This document shows, in pieces, positions 19,111 through 30,613 of a stretch of 64,000 nucleotides of DNA (position 1 is its first letter; each line of letters starts with the position of its first letter). The translations under genes and the position numbers were made by a program. The notes under the pieces were generated by a model that had not been told where the DNA came from, made no database searches, and saw nothing but the letters and a program-made list of their open reading frames with translations. This DNA is from an uncultured Thiotrichaceae bacterium (GTDB lineage: Bacteria > Pseudomonadota > Gammaproteobacteria > SZUA-229): contig CAYTUK010000002.1 of the NCBI GenBank assembly GCA_964441285.1, positions 25,551 through 89,550 on the forward strand, read 5' to 3'.

Positions 19111-19932
19111 TCATACAACTCTTCGGCGTAATACAAGATAGGCAACCCCAAAGGGTACAGCCACCCACAGCAGCATAATAGCGAATAGAGCGCTGTAACT
19201 CAGTTTAAGATCAGTCGCAATGCTCATTAAGCTGGTACCCCCTTCAAACCCCATCATGTTTATTAACCGGAACAGATCGGTCGGGTTAAGTAACATCAGG
19301 TAGGGCAATGCGTCCGGCTGCAATTTGCCAGCAGTGATCACCAGCAACCCCAGCAATCCCAGGTCAAAAACAAGTACGAAGAAGAACCAGACAATAAGCG
19401 CAATACCTGCGGCTTTAGATTTCTCTGCCACACTGGCACTGATTAAATAGGCGATGGATAGAAACACCATGCCTAATATAATGGACGAAGAAATAAACAG
19501 GCTAAATGCCTTAACCAGATCCAGCGTGTCTACCCCGGCCGCAAACAGCAGTATCATAAGGGCAGAAATGCCAAAACCGATTACGGTGGAAATGGCCAGA
19601 ATCAGGGTGTGTCCCAATAACTTACCCATTAATAATTCAGCTCTGGATAAAGGATAAGTGAGCAACAACATCAGAGTGCCTTCTTCATCCTCACCTACGA
19701 TAGCATTGTAAGCCAGCAATAACGCGATCAGAGGAATAATGAACACTGCTAAACTTGCCAGACTGGCGATAGTATTGGGGATGGAGGTAAATCCGATTAC
19801 CCCCGAAGCCACCGCACCAAACCAGGCGATACCCGATGCCAGTAAAGCAAATATAAGCGTAATCGCCACAATCCAGCGATTACGAAATCCATCTTTCAGC
19901 TCTTTTTGAGCCACGCAGAAAATGGCATTCAT
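19111..19932 (-). CDS. nosY: ABC transporter permease NosY
   Basis: 273-aa polytopic membrane protein immediately downstream of nosF, in the canonical nosDFY order. Confidence 0.8.
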   Translation of the reverse strand: MNAIFCVAQKELKDGFRNRWIVAITLIFALLASGIAWFGAVASGVIGFTSIPNTIASLASLAVFIIPLIALLLAYNAIVGEDEEGTLMLLLTYPLSRAELLMGKLLGHTLILAISTVIGFGISALMILLFAAGVDTLDLVKAFSLFISSSIILGMVFLSIAYLISASVAEKSKAAGIALIVWFFFVLVFDLGLLGLLVITAGKLQPDALPYLMLLNPTDLFRLINMMGFEGGTSLMSIATDLKLSYSALFAIMLLWVAVPFGVAYLVLRRRVV

Positions 19933-20870
19933 GACCCCACCTCCTGTTGCACATCGTTTAACTCAGGTGCTGCATCCATTAAACAGGTATAAAGTTGTTC
20001 CAGTGTGGGCAGATTAATATCCACATCTTCCACCTTCGGCATCGCCAGCAACTGCCTGAGCAATGGCATTTTATTTACCTCACTGGTAAAACCTTCCACG
20101 GTTGCCTCATTTACACGGTGATGATCGTACATCAATGCCGCAGTTTGATCACAAAGACAGCTATAATTAATATTGCTTTTAATGCGCACTCGAATGGGCA
20201 ACTGCGCCTGCTTGCTTAAATGCGCGAGCGTCCCAAGGGCGCGCAATTCCCCATTACTCAGCACCGCGGCGCGATCAATATGGCCTTCCAGTCCCGGCAG
20301 AATATGTGAAGACAGGATAATTGCACAGCCTTCTTTTTTGAGCTCATCAATCGTGGTGTAGAAATCCTGCGTGGCAATCGGATCCAGCCCAGCCGTAGGC
20401 TCATCCAGCAATAATAGTTTAGGGATAGTCAGAATCGCCTGCGCCAATCCCAAACGTTGTTTCATTCCTTTTGAATAAGTTTTTACCTTACGCCGAGCTA
20501 CATGACTCAAACCCACTTTCTCAAGCAGTTGATCACAGCGCGATTTATTAACCCGCTTTAATTTACCAAAATAATACAGCACCTCACGACCTTCAAGCTG
20601 CGGGTAAAACGAGACATTTTCCGGCAAAAAACCTAACTGAAAGCGTAATGGATTAAAGCCCTCCGCGGCGGGCGCTTTACCCATCACCTGAACCTGACCG
20701 AAAGTGGGTGATAGCAAACCCAAGATCAATTTTATCGTCGTGGTTTTACCCGCACCGTTATGGCCGAACAACCCCATCACTTCGCCTGAGTGGATACTCA
20801 GACTCAGGTTCCGCAGCGCTGTCACCTGCTGATATTGTTGTGTAACCTGATTAATTTCTACAACCGTCAT
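19929..20870 (-). CDS. nosF: ABC transporter ATP-binding protein NosF
   Basis: Walker A GHNGAGKTT. ABC signature YSKGMKQRL. Walker B LLLDEP. Its 3' end overlaps the nosY start. Confidence 0.85.
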   Translation of the reverse strand: MTVVEINQVTQQYQQVTALRNLSLSIHSGEVMGLFGHNGAGKTTTIKLILGLLSPTFGQVQVMGKAPAAEGFNPLRFQLGFLPENVSFYPQLEGREVLYYFGKLKRVNKSRCDQLLEKVGLSHVARRKVKTYSKGMKQRLGLAQAILTIPKLLLLDEPTAGLDPIATQDFYTTIDELKKEGCAIILSSHILPGLEGHIDRAAVLSNGELRALGTLAHLSKQAQLPIRVRIKSNINYSCLCDQTAALMYDHHRVNEATVEGFTSEVNKMPLLRQLLAMPKVEDVDINLPTLEQLYTCLMDAAPELNDVQQEVGS

Positions 20871-20877
20871 AGCTTCC

Positions 20878-22389
20878 TCACTGGTGTGTACGCATTATCG
20901 AAGTGGTGTCAGTTGGCGGTGACATTAATGGATGGCTATCGCGAATACCGGGTGATTTCAATACTGGGAATTCAGACTGTACCGCCTTCAATAATCGGAT
21001 TGCAGGGCTATTCATTAAAAGTTTTGCGGATGGGTATTTCCACAACAGCTTGTCAATGCTGTCATTGGGCTCGTACCAGGTATCACCGATACCATTATTA
21101 TCACGGTCCCAGCCCATGTAATCACTCCAGTAATTGCCTCGACCATTATGCGACCATTCCTGGCGACGTCTACCCACGTACTTTACCTGGCGCCTGTTAT
21201 GGATAAATTGATTGCCAAAAAAAGTGTTGTCCTCAGAACCAGCAGTCAGATGAATGCCGATATCACTTTTTTCTAATTTATTATTGCTGATGGTATTAAA
21301 CAGTGAGTTATAAACAAACAGGGCTTTGCCTTCGGCACCATCAATGGTTTGCTGTCCAGACGGATTAACCCCCTGGTTTACATTACTGAAGGTGTTACCA
21401 GAAATCGTTGAGTGCGTGATAAAATTCATCAACATGCCATAATTCTGGTCATGGTCCGAACGGTTACCGATAATAGTGAGATATTTTGATTGCATCATTG
21501 CGTAGCCGGTACGTGTGTTATGCGTGTAGTTATTTTTAATGATATTGTTGTACGAATACATATAATGAATTCCGTAGCGCAGGTCATGCATTTCGTTATG
21601 GCGAAGAGTATTGCCATTGCTGGTCTGGATATAAATACCATCACGCGTATGCCAAATTTCGTTATTGGCAATATCTGCGCCGTGATTACCAGAAAGGTGA
21701 ATGCCATTGCCTCGATCCTGTGAACGTATCTTCAGGTTGCCCTCAACTTTATTGCCTTCAACAGTGGCATCAGCACAACTGTCGAGATAAACCCCAAACG
21801 CATCACCGCGTAAATAATTGTTCTTGATCAGGACATGGGATGCCGACGATCTCACATAGATACCCGCATCCATAGTGGTTAAATCATGTCCCCAGTTAAT
21901 AATCCGGCAACCAGTTACGGTAACATTTTTTGCGGTAATGGTCAGCGTATTTCCATGTCCACCGCCATCGAGAATAGCACCCGACGCACAGGCTAATGTA
22001 ATGCTTTTATTAATGATGAAATTACCCGTATAGCGACCTTTTTGCAGCAAAATCTGCGCACCGTTCTGTCCCCGTTGTAGCGCCGCAGCAAATCCACCGA
22101 CAGTCGTAGTGATGGACTTCGCCAGCACTGGCAAACTTATAAAAAATACGCTAATGACAAAAAAACCACCCAGCTGCTTTGCACATTGAATGATTCTATT
22201 ATGGGTTTTATTACCGAAACGAATGAAAAGGCTACCCATGGTTAAAGACACGCGGTGAATACGTCCATATAGACTCGGCACCTGCATCCCTGTGGCTGAC
22301 GGTCTTGAACCATGGGTCGCCTTTTCATTTGTACTGTTAGTAATTGTATACAGCATGATGCATGACAGGGTAAGGAGAAACAGGAGCAA
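20878..22389 (-). CDS. nosD: periplasmic copper-binding beta-helix protein NosD (start uncertain, probably an internal Met)
   Basis: Repeated right-handed parallel beta-helix units (NNxxxGN / IHLxxN repeats). Positioned between nosZ and nosF. Confidence 0.8.
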   Translation of the reverse strand: MLLFLLTLSCIMLYTITNSTNEKATHGSRPSATGMQVPSLYGRIHRVSLTMGSLFIRFGNKTHNRIIQCAKQLGGFFVISVFFISLPVLAKSITTTVGGFAAALQRGQNGAQILLQKGRYTGNFIINKSITLACASGAILDGGGHGNTLTITAKNVTVTGCRIINWGHDLTTMDAGIYVRSSASHVLIKNNYLRGDAFGVYLDSCADATVEGNKVEGNLKIRSQDRGNGIHLSGNHGADIANNEIWHTRDGIYIQTSNGNTLRHNEMHDLRYGIHYMYSYNNIIKNNYTHNTRTGYAMMQSKYLTIIGNRSDHDQNYGMLMNFITHSTISGNTFSNVNQGVNPSGQQTIDGAEGKALFVYNSLFNTISNNKLEKSDIGIHLTAGSEDNTFFGNQFIHNRRQVKYVGRRRQEWSHNGRGNYWSDYMGWDRDNNGIGDTWYEPNDSIDKLLWKYPSAKLLMNSPAIRLLKAVQSEFPVLKSPGIRDSHPLMSPPTDTTSIMRTHQ

Positions 22390-22503
22390 TCTCCATTCAC
22401 CTAAAAGTTTGTAGTAATCAAAAATAGCGCCCGTTTTTTATCCGCTAAGGAAATGCCCTGTCACCGAATACACACTCAGTAACAGGGCTAACAGCCCTTC
22501 TGG

Positions 22504-24420
22504 CTACGCTTTTTCTACCAGCATTCTGCCGCGCATTTCCATATGTAAAGCGTGACAGAACCACTGGCAGTAATACCAGTACACGCCCGGATTTTTAGCC
22601 GTAAAGGTAATCGATGCGGTTTCCTGCGGACTGATTTCCATCACTACACCATGATCGGTTACGGTAAATCCATGCGTAACATCTTCCACCATATCCAGAT
22701 TGGTAACCGCCACCGTTACTTCATTACCGGCCTTAACAGTAAACTGTTCCATACCATATTGAGGTGCAATAGAAGTCATATAAACTCGAACCTTATTCCC
22801 ATCACGGATTACCTTGTTATCTGTTTCCAGCGTTACGCCGTCTTTTTTAGCCTGGGCAACTGTTGCGGCAAAAAAACTGTCTTCTCGATCCCATATTTTT
22901 CTGGTTTTATTTTCCAGAACATTCCGATGCACGAGAATGCAGTCATGCGGTTCTGCAAAAGCCGGGCCATCATCAACTAGAATCATTTCACTGCCGGAAA
23001 TATCAATCAACTGGTCATTTTCAGGGTGCAATGGACCCACGGATAAAAATCGGTCTTTTGAAAATTTGCTAAGTGAAACCAGCCACTTACCATCCGCATC
23101 GCGGGTTTCACCCATTGAGGTGTGATCATGCCCCGGCTGAAACTGGACATCCAGTTTTTGGCTAATGTAATTAACTTTCTTACCCTGATAAGCCTGAATG
23201 GCTTTTTCAATGTCCCACTTTACTATCTGGCTATCGATAAACAAGGTGGTGTAGGCATTACCACGTCCATCGTAAGCGGTATGCAGAGGCCCTAAGCCGA
23301 GTTCTGGTTCACCGACTACTGCATCACGCGGCTTAATTTTATCGTTAAACAGATCATCCAGTTTTTTAATATCAACGATTGAAACCGTTGGGGAAAGTTT
23401 GCCCGCAATACAAAAATATTTACCATCAGGTGTCGTGTTTACCCCGTGAGGACTTTTTGGAATAGGAATGTATCGTGTCACTTTAGAACCATGACGACCA
23501 TCAACCACAGGAACCTTCGAAGTGCCAATGGTGGTAAATTTTCCAGCTTTAACCGCTTTTTCAATACGGGGTAAATTGAATATAACGACCCAGTCACGCT
23601 CATTGCTGATCATTCCTGCCAGATTAGTGGCGTCTTCAGAGTTGTAGCAAGTGGTGGCAAAATATTTACCCTGGTAATCCGCATCGGCATTATCCAGATT
23701 ACCATCAACAATAACCTGTGCGAAAACTTCCATTTTCTCTGCATCAATTATATTGAACATAGTGAAATATTTAGCCGGGTCATTAATGTCCCTGCCATCA
23801 TTAGGATGCGGAATACGAAATTCACTATTACAGAAAAAATATTTGGTATAAGGGACTTTTTGAACCCGTAAACCATGAATTGCCTGTGAGTTAGGCACGG
23901 TCAACATTTTATCGCATTTCATCACATCACAACGGATGCGCGCTACCCGTGAGTTGGCTTTATCATTGACAAAAATGTACTTGCCATCATAACGACCATC
24001 TTTCATCGACATATGTGGATGGTGTAAATCACCGTTAGGAAAATGCGCTGAGTCACCTTTTATGCGCTTACTCTCGTTGGTTAATCCCCAGCCTGTCGCC
24101 GAGTCAATATTAAAAACCGGAATACGCATAATCTCCCGCATGGAAGGCACGCCCATAATACGAACTTCGCCAGACTGACCACCACTCCAGAAACCATAGT
24201 ACTCATCCAGGTCACCTGGCTTCACATGCGTTTTACCAAATTCATCCTGTGCATCTTTAGCAGCTCGGGCAAAAGCATCCGGGGTCATCACTGTTGCTGC
24301 CAGACCGGCAACACCGGTTATCCCTGCAGCACCCACAGCACCTGCAGCGCCCAGAAATTTACGCCGACTTATTGCTGAAGAGGTATTCTCCTCGCCATGA
24401 TTTTTTTCATTATCACTCAT
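22504..24420 (-). CDS. nosZ: nitrous-oxide reductase NosZ (clade I, Tat-exported)
   Basis: Twin-arginine signal [17 protein letters not shown]-terminal CuA cupredoxin motif [12 protein letters not shown]. 638 aa. Confidence 0.95.
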   Translation of the reverse strand: MSDNEKNHGEENTSSAISRRKFLGAAGAVGAAGITGVAGLAATVMTPDAFARAAKDAQDEFGKTHVKPGDLDEYYGFWSGGQSGEVRIMGVPSMREIMRIPVFNIDSATGWGLTNESKRIKGDSAHFPNGDLHHPHMSMKDGRYDGKYIFVNDKANSRVARIRCDVMKCDKMLTVPNSQAIHGLRVQKVPYTKYFFCNSEFRIPHPNDGRDINDPAKYFTMFNIIDAEKMEVFAQVIVDGNLDNADADYQGKYFATTCYNSEDATNLAGMISNERDWVVIFNLPRIEKAVKAGKFTTIGTSKVPVVDGRHGSKVTRYIPIPKSPHGVNTTPDGKYFCIAGKLSPTVSIVDIKKLDDLFNDKIKPRDAVVGEPELGLGPLHTAYDGRGNAYTTLFIDSQIVKWDIEKAIQAYQGKKVNYISQKLDVQFQPGHDHTSMGETRDADGKWLVSLSKFSKDRFLSVGPLHPENDQLIDISGSEMILVDDGPAFAEPHDCILVHRNVLENKTRKIWDREDSFFAATVAQAKKDGVTLETDNKVIRDGNKVRVYMTSIAPQYGMEQFTVKAGNEVTVAVTNLDMVEDVTHGFTVTDHGVVMEISPQETASITFTAKNPGVYWYYCQWFCHALHMEMRGRMLVEKA

Positions 24421-24449
24421 GATAGATCTCCTAAGGTTAAAGTTAAGTT

Positions 24450-26570
24450 TTAGCTGATACCCAGTTGGGTTACTGAAATTTTCGAAGGCTCAGGTCTGCC
24501 TTTTTTGCGCCGCTTATTCTTATTAACAAGAGGCGGACATTTTTTCTCATCGTGATAGGTCATCTGACAATCCAGGCAGTGGTGGCACTCATTAGCATTA
24601 ATCTTGCCATCAGGATGAATCGCCTGAATCTCACATTCCACCGCACACAGCTGACAGGGTTGGCCACATTCTTTGCGTCGTTTAAGCCAGTCAAACAAAC
24701 GCAGCTTGGTTGGGATCGCCAGTGCAGCACCCAGAGGGCAAATATAGCGACAATAAACTTTACGGGTAAAGATCGAAATAAAGAGAAGCGTTATCGCATA
24801 GGCTACGAACCACCATTCCCGCTGGAAGAACAGCATAATGGTGGTCTTGAAAGGTTCCACTTCTGCAGCTTTCTCCGCCATGCTGACAGATTGTAACGAG
24901 AGGCCAAAAAGTGCTAGCAAAATAATATATTTCACCGCCCAAAGTCGCTCATGGACGGCAAAAGGTAATTCATACTGTTTAACTTTAAATTTGCGTGCCA
25001 GCTCATTGATCAGCTCCTGTAACGCGCCGAACGGACAGAGCCAGCCGCAGAAAACGCCGCGCCCCCAAAGTAAAATAGTCGCAGCGGTAAACCCCCAGAG
25101 CATAAAGATAACCGGATCCATCAGGAAAACATCCCAACGAAACTTACCCATTAGTGCATGAGTAAAAGTAAAGACATTTTCCACAGAGAGCTGACCTAAT
25201 GAGTACCAGCCAATATAAAACAGGGTATAGATCAGATACCCTCGACGTAAATTATGTAACAGGCGAGGACGGCGCACCAGCAGGTCCTGCATAAAGATAA
25301 TAGCCATCAACAAGACCAGACTGAAAGCAACAATAGCAACCTGAAAAATACGCGCCTGCCAGATTTTAGCCCACACTGGTAACGGCTTCACAACAACAGG
25401 AGCGGGTGGCCGAGTAATGTATTTTTCGGGAATCTGGTAACTCGCACTGAACGTGTGGAAAACACTATCCAGTGGACCCGTCGCGCGTTTCACCAGCAGC
25501 TGTAGATGCCACATGGCACCTGGATCGAAGTCATAGTGCTGACGAATAATGAAGATAGCCATTTCATCAAAATCGGGATGTCCTTTGGCATAAATATCAG
25601 ATAACCGATAGTAATCCAGATCCCGGAAATTAATACCGATCATACCCTGACTTACCTTAACGCGATCAAAAATGCCGCCCCGGACATAACCTGAACCTTT
25701 AAAAGAATACATGCCGCGACCCATAATCGCCACAGCCTGTTCACCGGGTTTTAATTTTTTCAGTAACCATTGAAACTGTTCTTTACCCAACAGGTTCTGA
25801 CCAATGGTTGGTGCATCCAGATAGGTATAATACAGATCAATAAAAGTATCCTGCTTTTCACCGGGTGTTGCTGTATCCACATTTTGTGCAGCCGTTCCTT
25901 TGAAACCATCATCCACCTGTGCACGCGTTAGATGCAGGCGGCGAATAGAACCATCACCGGTAAGCGCTTGCCAGTCTTCGGGCTTAAACAACTTCATTTT
26001 GACAAGTGCGTGCGGCATGGACTCTGCTGCTGTTTTTTTCAGAATACCGACTTCTTCGGCCACTTTTTTGGCCGCATGCATAATGGACTGGTTCACCACC
26101 ATTGACGTGACCGTGGCACTGCTTATGCCATCAACGGTATTTTTTCCGGTACCCACTTCAACATGTTCGGCAACCGATTTGGTCACATATTGATGTGCAA
26201 AGTCATACAGTTTCTGCACCGGGATTCCCACCAGTAAAATGGGTTCATGCTGCTCGACCACCCAGGCATCTTTAATAAAACCTTTGGCATCAATCGTAAC
26301 CAGTGTATTAACAGGCTGACCTGAATAAGCGGGAATATCAACTTGTTGTGCGGTTTGAAAGCTGTAACCAACTATCTTTTTCCCTGCATAAACAGTTGCT
26401 ATTTCTAATTTTTTATCCTCATTGGTTACGCGATCTGCACCTGGAAAAAGTTTCATGACATGCGTTTTCCAGGTGACAGGCAGCGGCTTCAGTGCTGCGT
26501 TCGAAAGGGACGAGAACACGATCACACAAAACAAAAGAACAACACTGGAAGGGTGAAACCTGAATAACAT
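24450..26570 (-). CDS. nosR: NosR membrane-bound FMN-binding/ferredoxin-type regulator of N2O reductase
   Basis: Signal peptide, periplasmic FMN-binding region, transmembrane segments. C-terminal CxxCxxCxxxCP-type clusters ([12 protein letters not shown] and CHHCLDC). Confidence 0.85.
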   Translation of the reverse strand: MLFRFHPSSVVLLFCVIVFSSLSNAALKPLPVTWKTHVMKLFPGADRVTNEDKKLEIATVYAGKKIVGYSFQTAQQVDIPAYSGQPVNTLVTIDAKGFIKDAWVVEQHEPILLVGIPVQKLYDFAHQYVTKSVAEHVEVGTGKNTVDGISSATVTSMVVNQSIMHAAKKVAEEVGILKKTAAESMPHALVKMKLFKPEDWQALTGDGSIRRLHLTRAQVDDGFKGTAAQNVDTATPGEKQDTFIDLYYTYLDAPTIGQNLLGKEQFQWLLKKLKPGEQAVAIMGRGMYSFKGSGYVRGGIFDRVKVSQGMIGINFRDLDYYRLSDIYAKGHPDFDEMAIFIIRQHYDFDPGAMWHLQLLVKRATGPLDSVFHTFSASYQIPEKYITRPPAPVVVKPLPVWAKIWQARIFQVAIVAFSLVLLMAIIFMQDLLVRRPRLLHNLRRGYLIYTLFYIGWYSLGQLSVENVFTFTHALMGKFRWDVFLMDPVIFMLWGFTAATILLWGRGVFCGWLCPFGALQELINELARKFKVKQYELPFAVHERLWAVKYIILLALFGLSLQSVSMAEKAAEVEPFKTTIMLFFQREWWFVAYAITLLFISIFTRKVYCRYICPLGAALAIPTKLRLFDWLKRRKECGQPCQLCAVECEIQAIHPDGKINANECHHCLDCQMTYHDEKKCPPLVNKNKRRKKGRPEPSKISVTQLGIS

Positions 26571-26637
26571 AAAATAGCCATAAATTTTTATTGAACTAAT
26601 TGCGGGTTAATTTACCCTTATAGGACATCATCAATCC

Positions 26638-26651
26638 TTGACATAAATCAA
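26638..26651. promoter_or_regulatory. FNR/DNR/NnrR-type binding site (TTGAC-N4-ATCAA) upstream of nosR
   Basis: TTGACATAAATCAA palindrome centred about 75 nt upstream of the nosR start codon. Confidence 0.45.
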
Positions 26652-26753
26652 TACGCTATAAAAATTATGGTTAAGTCTGATAAAGCGAAGCACCGTATAC
26701 AATACTCAGCTTAAAAATACTTAAGTTCTGCTCAGCATGCACACCGAACGGAC

Positions 26754-27332
26754 TTAATTTGATTTTTTAACAAATTTGGCCAGAATAACAATCTGTTGCC
26801 CATTCACCTTGCCTTCGATGTGTTCCGAGTTATCCGCCACCAGTGAGATGCCACGCACTGCAGTGCCGCGTTTAGCGGTAAAATTTGCCCCTTTCACATT
26901 CAGATCCTTGATCAGAGTCACCGTATCACCCGACTCAAGCATGGCACCGTTGCTGTCCTTATGTTTGACTTCATGGTCATCACTGCCAGCATTATCTGCC
27001 TGCGCCCAACTTAAGGTTGTATCATCCAGATAGAGCATATCAAGTAAATCCTGTGGCCAGCCTTCAGCGCGTAATCGATTAAGCATTCGCCACACCATAA
27101 CCTGCACCGCAGGTATCTGACTCCACATGCTGTCGTTAAGACAGCGCCAGTGGTTAATCTCAAGGTTCGCGGAATTGTCTACCTGATCTTTACAGGTAAC
27201 ACAGAGTAATACGCATTGCTCAGCACTGCCGTCAGAGTCGGGTGGGATTTCATAAACACTGAGATTTTCTATTGCGCTGCACAGTTCACATGTTGAATTA
27301 CTGCGTATTTGTAATGTTTGGTCTGGGTTCAT
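26754..27332 (-). CDS. phnA: PhnA-family protein (N-terminal zinc-ribbon, C-terminal PhnA domain)
   Basis: Cys pairs CELC...CVTC. C-terminal DSNGAMLESGDTVTLIKDLNVKGANFTAKRGTAVRGISLV resembles the PhnA/YjdC C-domain. Confidence 0.65.
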   Translation of the reverse strand: MNPDQTLQIRSNSTCELCSAIENLSVYEIPPDSDGSAEQCVLLCVTCKDQVDNSANLEINHWRCLNDSMWSQIPAVQVMVWRMLNRLRAEGWPQDLLDMLYLDDTTLSWAQADNAGSDDHEVKHKDSNGAMLESGDTVTLIKDLNVKGANFTAKRGTAVRGISLVADNSEHIEGKVNGQQIVILAKFVKKSN

Positions 27333-27396
27333 AATGTATAGTTTATCGCTTATTAAAGCAAAAAAGATGTCTGTGTTATGTCCTGTTTTTTATTAA

Positions 27397-29343
27397 TTAA
27401 TCCGGCGTAGAATTGACTGAGTTTTCCAGTTCTTCGCTATATTGTAACCAGTTGTTTTCTGCGACCTCATGTAATTTATCAAGCTCCGACTTTTGCTGGA
27501 GGATTTTCTGTAGTGACGTTTTATTATTTTCTATATAGATATTAGAATCGAGTAACTGATTTTCCAGCTCCATTCTCTCCGTCTGTAGCGCTTCCATCTG
27601 CTGCTCTGCCTGGATGATCTTTTTACGTAACGGCTGAAGTCTCTTCCTGCTTTCAGCCTCCAGACGTTTACGATTTTTCTTATCACTGGCTTTTGTGGCG
27701 CCGATTAGTTTCACGTTTGCCGACTCTACCCCGAGTGTTGAAGTGGCATTATCAGCGGCAATAGCCGGCTGTTTATTTTGTTCCTGTAACCACTGTGGAT
27801 ATTCTTCCAGACCGAGCGGAAACACATCAACCGTTTTATCATGTACCAACAATAACTGGTCACAGGTGACACGTAGTAGATGACGATCATGAGAAACAAT
27901 CACCATTGCTCCAGAAAAATCCTGTAATGCCTGTGCCAGTGCCTGACGCATTTCGAGATCAAGGTGGTTAGTGGGTTCATCCAGCAGCAACAGGTTAGGG
28001 CGCTGATAAACGATCAGGGCAAGTACTAGCCGGGATTTCTCACCGCCAGAAAAGGGGGCAATCGGACTGAGAGCCATGTCGTTGGAAAAACCAAAGCCAC
28101 CCAAAAATTGCCTTAAATCAGAGTCACGCGCTTTGGGGTCAAGCTGACGCAGGTGTTCAACCGGCGTATGTTCGAGCTGAAGTTGTTCGAGCTGATGCTG
28201 GGCAAAGTAACCGAAGCGGGTTTCCTTACTCAGCTGTCTTTCACCACACTGGATAGACAACGTGTTGGCTAATACTTTAATGAGTGTAGACTTACCCGCG
28301 CCGTTTGGCCCCAGCAAGCCTATGCGATCACCCGGACGCAGTGTCAAGTTGATGCCATGCAGAATTTGTGTCTGGTCATAACCGGCGGCTACCTGCTCCA
28401 GGCGGAGCAGAGTATCCGGCGTTTTCTCTGCTTCCAACAGGGAAAAGTGAAACGGTGAGTCCACATGCGCGGGCGCAATCTCTTCCATTCGCTGTAGCGC
28501 TTTGAGCCGACTTTGTGCCTGACGGGCTTTGGTGGCCTGAGCGCGAAAGCGATTAATATAGCACTGTATATGCTCACGCTCACGCTGTTGCTTAAGATAT
28601 TGTGACTGCTGGTTAGCCAGACGTTCAGCACGAATGCGTTCAAAAGCAGAATAATTACCGCTATAAAGTGTAATCCGCTGATTTTCAACCTGAGCAATGT
28701 GGCTACAGACGGCATCGAGAAAATCACGATCATGAGAAATGGTTAACAGGGTACCACGATAGGCTTTAAGCCAGCTTTCCAGCCAGATAACCGTTTCCAG
28801 ATCAAGGTGATTGGTGGGCTCATCCAGCAACAGCAGGTCGGAACGACACATCAAGGCTTTTGCCAGGCTTAAACGCATGCGCCAGCCACCAGAAAACGCA
28901 TGTATTGCCCGGCTCTCATCACCTGGTTTGAACCCCAGGCCAAACAATAACTGACCGGCGCGGCTACGTGCACTGTAACCACCAATATTTTCATACTGGC
29001 TATGCAACTCAGCCTGCAATATTCCATCTTCTTTTGCTTCAGCTATTTTTAATGCTGCTTCAATTTCACGTAGCTCTTTATCCCCATCTAAAATAAATTC
29101 AATGACTGCCTGGCTGGTGGTATCGGATTCCTGAGCAACGTGTGCAATAACCCAGTTTTTCGGGTAAGAATAATCCCCACTATCGGCATGTAACTGATTA
29201 AGAATTAGTGCAAATAAGCTCGACTTACCGCAACCATTCGCCCCGGTCAAACCAACTTTCCAGGCAGGATAAACCTGAAAACTGGCTTCTTTAAACAGGA
29301 GTTTGAGGCCGCGACGCAGACTAAGAGAATCAAATTGCAACAT
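27397..29343 (-). CDS. ABC-F family ATPase (two tandem ABC domains, no TMD; YheS/Uup-like)
   Basis: Two Walker A motifs (GANGCGKSS and GPNGAGKST). Two signature/Walker B sets. C-terminal coiled-coil tail. Confidence 0.85.
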   Translation of the reverse strand: MLQFDSLSLRRGLKLLFKEASFQVYPAWKVGLTGANGCGKSSLFALILNQLHADSGDYSYPKNWVIAHVAQESDTTSQAVIEFILDGDKELREIEAALKIAEAKEDGILQAELHSQYENIGGYSARSRAGQLLFGLGFKPGDESRAIHAFSGGWRMRLSLAKALMCRSDLLLLDEPTNHLDLETVIWLESWLKAYRGTLLTISHDRDFLDAVCSHIAQVENQRITLYSGNYSAFERIRAERLANQQSQYLKQQREREHIQCYINRFRAQATKARQAQSRLKALQRMEEIAPAHVDSPFHFSLLEAEKTPDTLLRLEQVAAGYDQTQILHGINLTLRPGDRIGLLGPNGAGKSTLIKVLANTLSIQCGERQLSKETRFGYFAQHQLEQLQLEHTPVEHLRQLDPKARDSDLRQFLGGFGFSNDMALSPIAPFSGGEKSRLVLALIVYQRPNLLLLDEPTNHLDLEMRQALAQALQDFSGAMVIVSHDRHLLRVTCDQLLLVHDKTVDVFPLGLEEYPQWLQEQNKQPAIAADNATSTLGVESANVKLIGATKASDKKNRKRLEAESRKRLQPLRKKIIQAEQQMEALQTERMELENQLLDSNIYIENNKTSLQKILQQKSELDKLHEVAENNWLQYSEELENSVNSTPD

Positions 29344-29492
29344 GGTTCTATTTTAACTCGGATATTTCATAAGCATACAGAATTTTGGGGAAAGTATAAC
29401 CTGATGACTGAAACGGATGAAAAGGAGACTGATGATTCAAGGCATGCTGTCAATACATCGCTGTACACTCGACACTGGCAGCACCAGGGAAT

Positions 29493-29528
29493 AAAAAAGC
29501 CCGACTAAACTACCGTCAGGCTTTTTCC
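29493..29528 (-). terminator. rho-independent terminator after the OMP gene
   Basis: AAAAAGCC/GGCTTTTT 8-bp stem with an A-tract before and a T-tract after on the minus strand, directly downstream of the stop at 29567. Confidence 0.45.
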
Positions 29529-29566
29529 ACAGGCTAAATCAGTTCTGCCCTAGAATGCTATCTATC

Positions 29567-30319
29567 CTAAAATTTTAAATAGCCACCAACAAAGGGACCG
29601 GCAAAAGTTACATTTGCATTGGTACTGTCAATATCGTTGAGCTTAAAATTCTGACGGCGATAACCTGCTTCAAAACCAACAAAGGCACTGGTCGTGTAGG
29701 CAATTTTTGCTGTCATATCCGATATCGAGTTGCCTGAATACGCAACATAGCTAATATCCGCGCTAATTTTCAGGCCAGGCCAGGGAGAGGCACCTACCAG
29801 TGCATACAACATGGGAAAAACCTGGCGAATAGAATTTGAAGTTGAAATACCCGTAGAGCTGGTAAAGATGTAGCTAAGATCAATCTTGCGAATATTCAAA
29901 CCAAGATCAAGATCAACGACGTTATCCATAAGCTGATAGTAGGCGATAACATCCAGGGTTTTTATCTGGACATTACTGACAACATCATTACTGAAGGTCA
30001 GGTTATTAAACTTAAAGATTGTTGTGCCACTGCCAGAGTGGTCTAATTTGGTATACATAACGCGAATATTAGGTACCAGTGGTATCGCGTGTTTAATATC
30101 CGCAAATAGATAACCCTGTGATTTTTTGTTCAAAAACAGGTTATCTCTCAAATCAACATTCGTGGCATCGACCGTTCGCCGGATTGAACCAGAAGGCGTT
30201 TCGCTCCAGATACCACCGCCCGCGGTAAAGGATAGAAAGTCTGCACTGGCAACGGCAGGTAACATTAATAAAACTGACGCACAAATGAGGACTTTACATT
30301 GAATAGATTTTAATCGCAT
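29567..30319 (-). CDS. outer-membrane beta-barrel protein (signal peptide, C-terminal aromatic residue)
   Basis: Signal MRLKSIQCKVLICASVLLMLPAVASA. Alternating amphipathic strands. Terminal ...GGYLKF. Confidence 0.5.
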   Translation of the reverse strand: MRLKSIQCKVLICASVLLMLPAVASADFLSFTAGGGIWSETPSGSIRRTVDATNVDLRDNLFLNKKSQGYLFADIKHAIPLVPNIRVMYTKLDHSGSGTTIFKFNNLTFSNDVVSNVQIKTLDVIAYYQLMDNVVDLDLGLNIRKIDLSYIFTSSTGISTSNSIRQVFPMLYALVGASPWPGLKISADISYVAYSGNSISDMTAKIAYTTSAFVGFEAGYRRQNFKLNDIDSTNANVTFAGPFVGGYLKF

Positions 30320-30613
30320 GGAGAACTCGCCTGATGTTGATAAGTAGTGATAAGTAGTAATTTGCAAGTATAGGTGACTAACCGGCTATTTTCCGTTTAA
30401 CAGAAAGATTTACTTTAATTTAAACTCGCTTAAACAGTCAGACGGTATCGTATATAAGCAGGCCTGTGTTAAGGCTCCGTTAATATGCAATTAAAACCAG
30501 GGTTATCACTTTATAAGCGGGCATCGTCATACCTATATTGGCATCAATATAGATAGAATGAATTTCTCAAATACTAGCACTCCATATTCGTACCGGTTGC
30601 ATTCTTACCAGTG

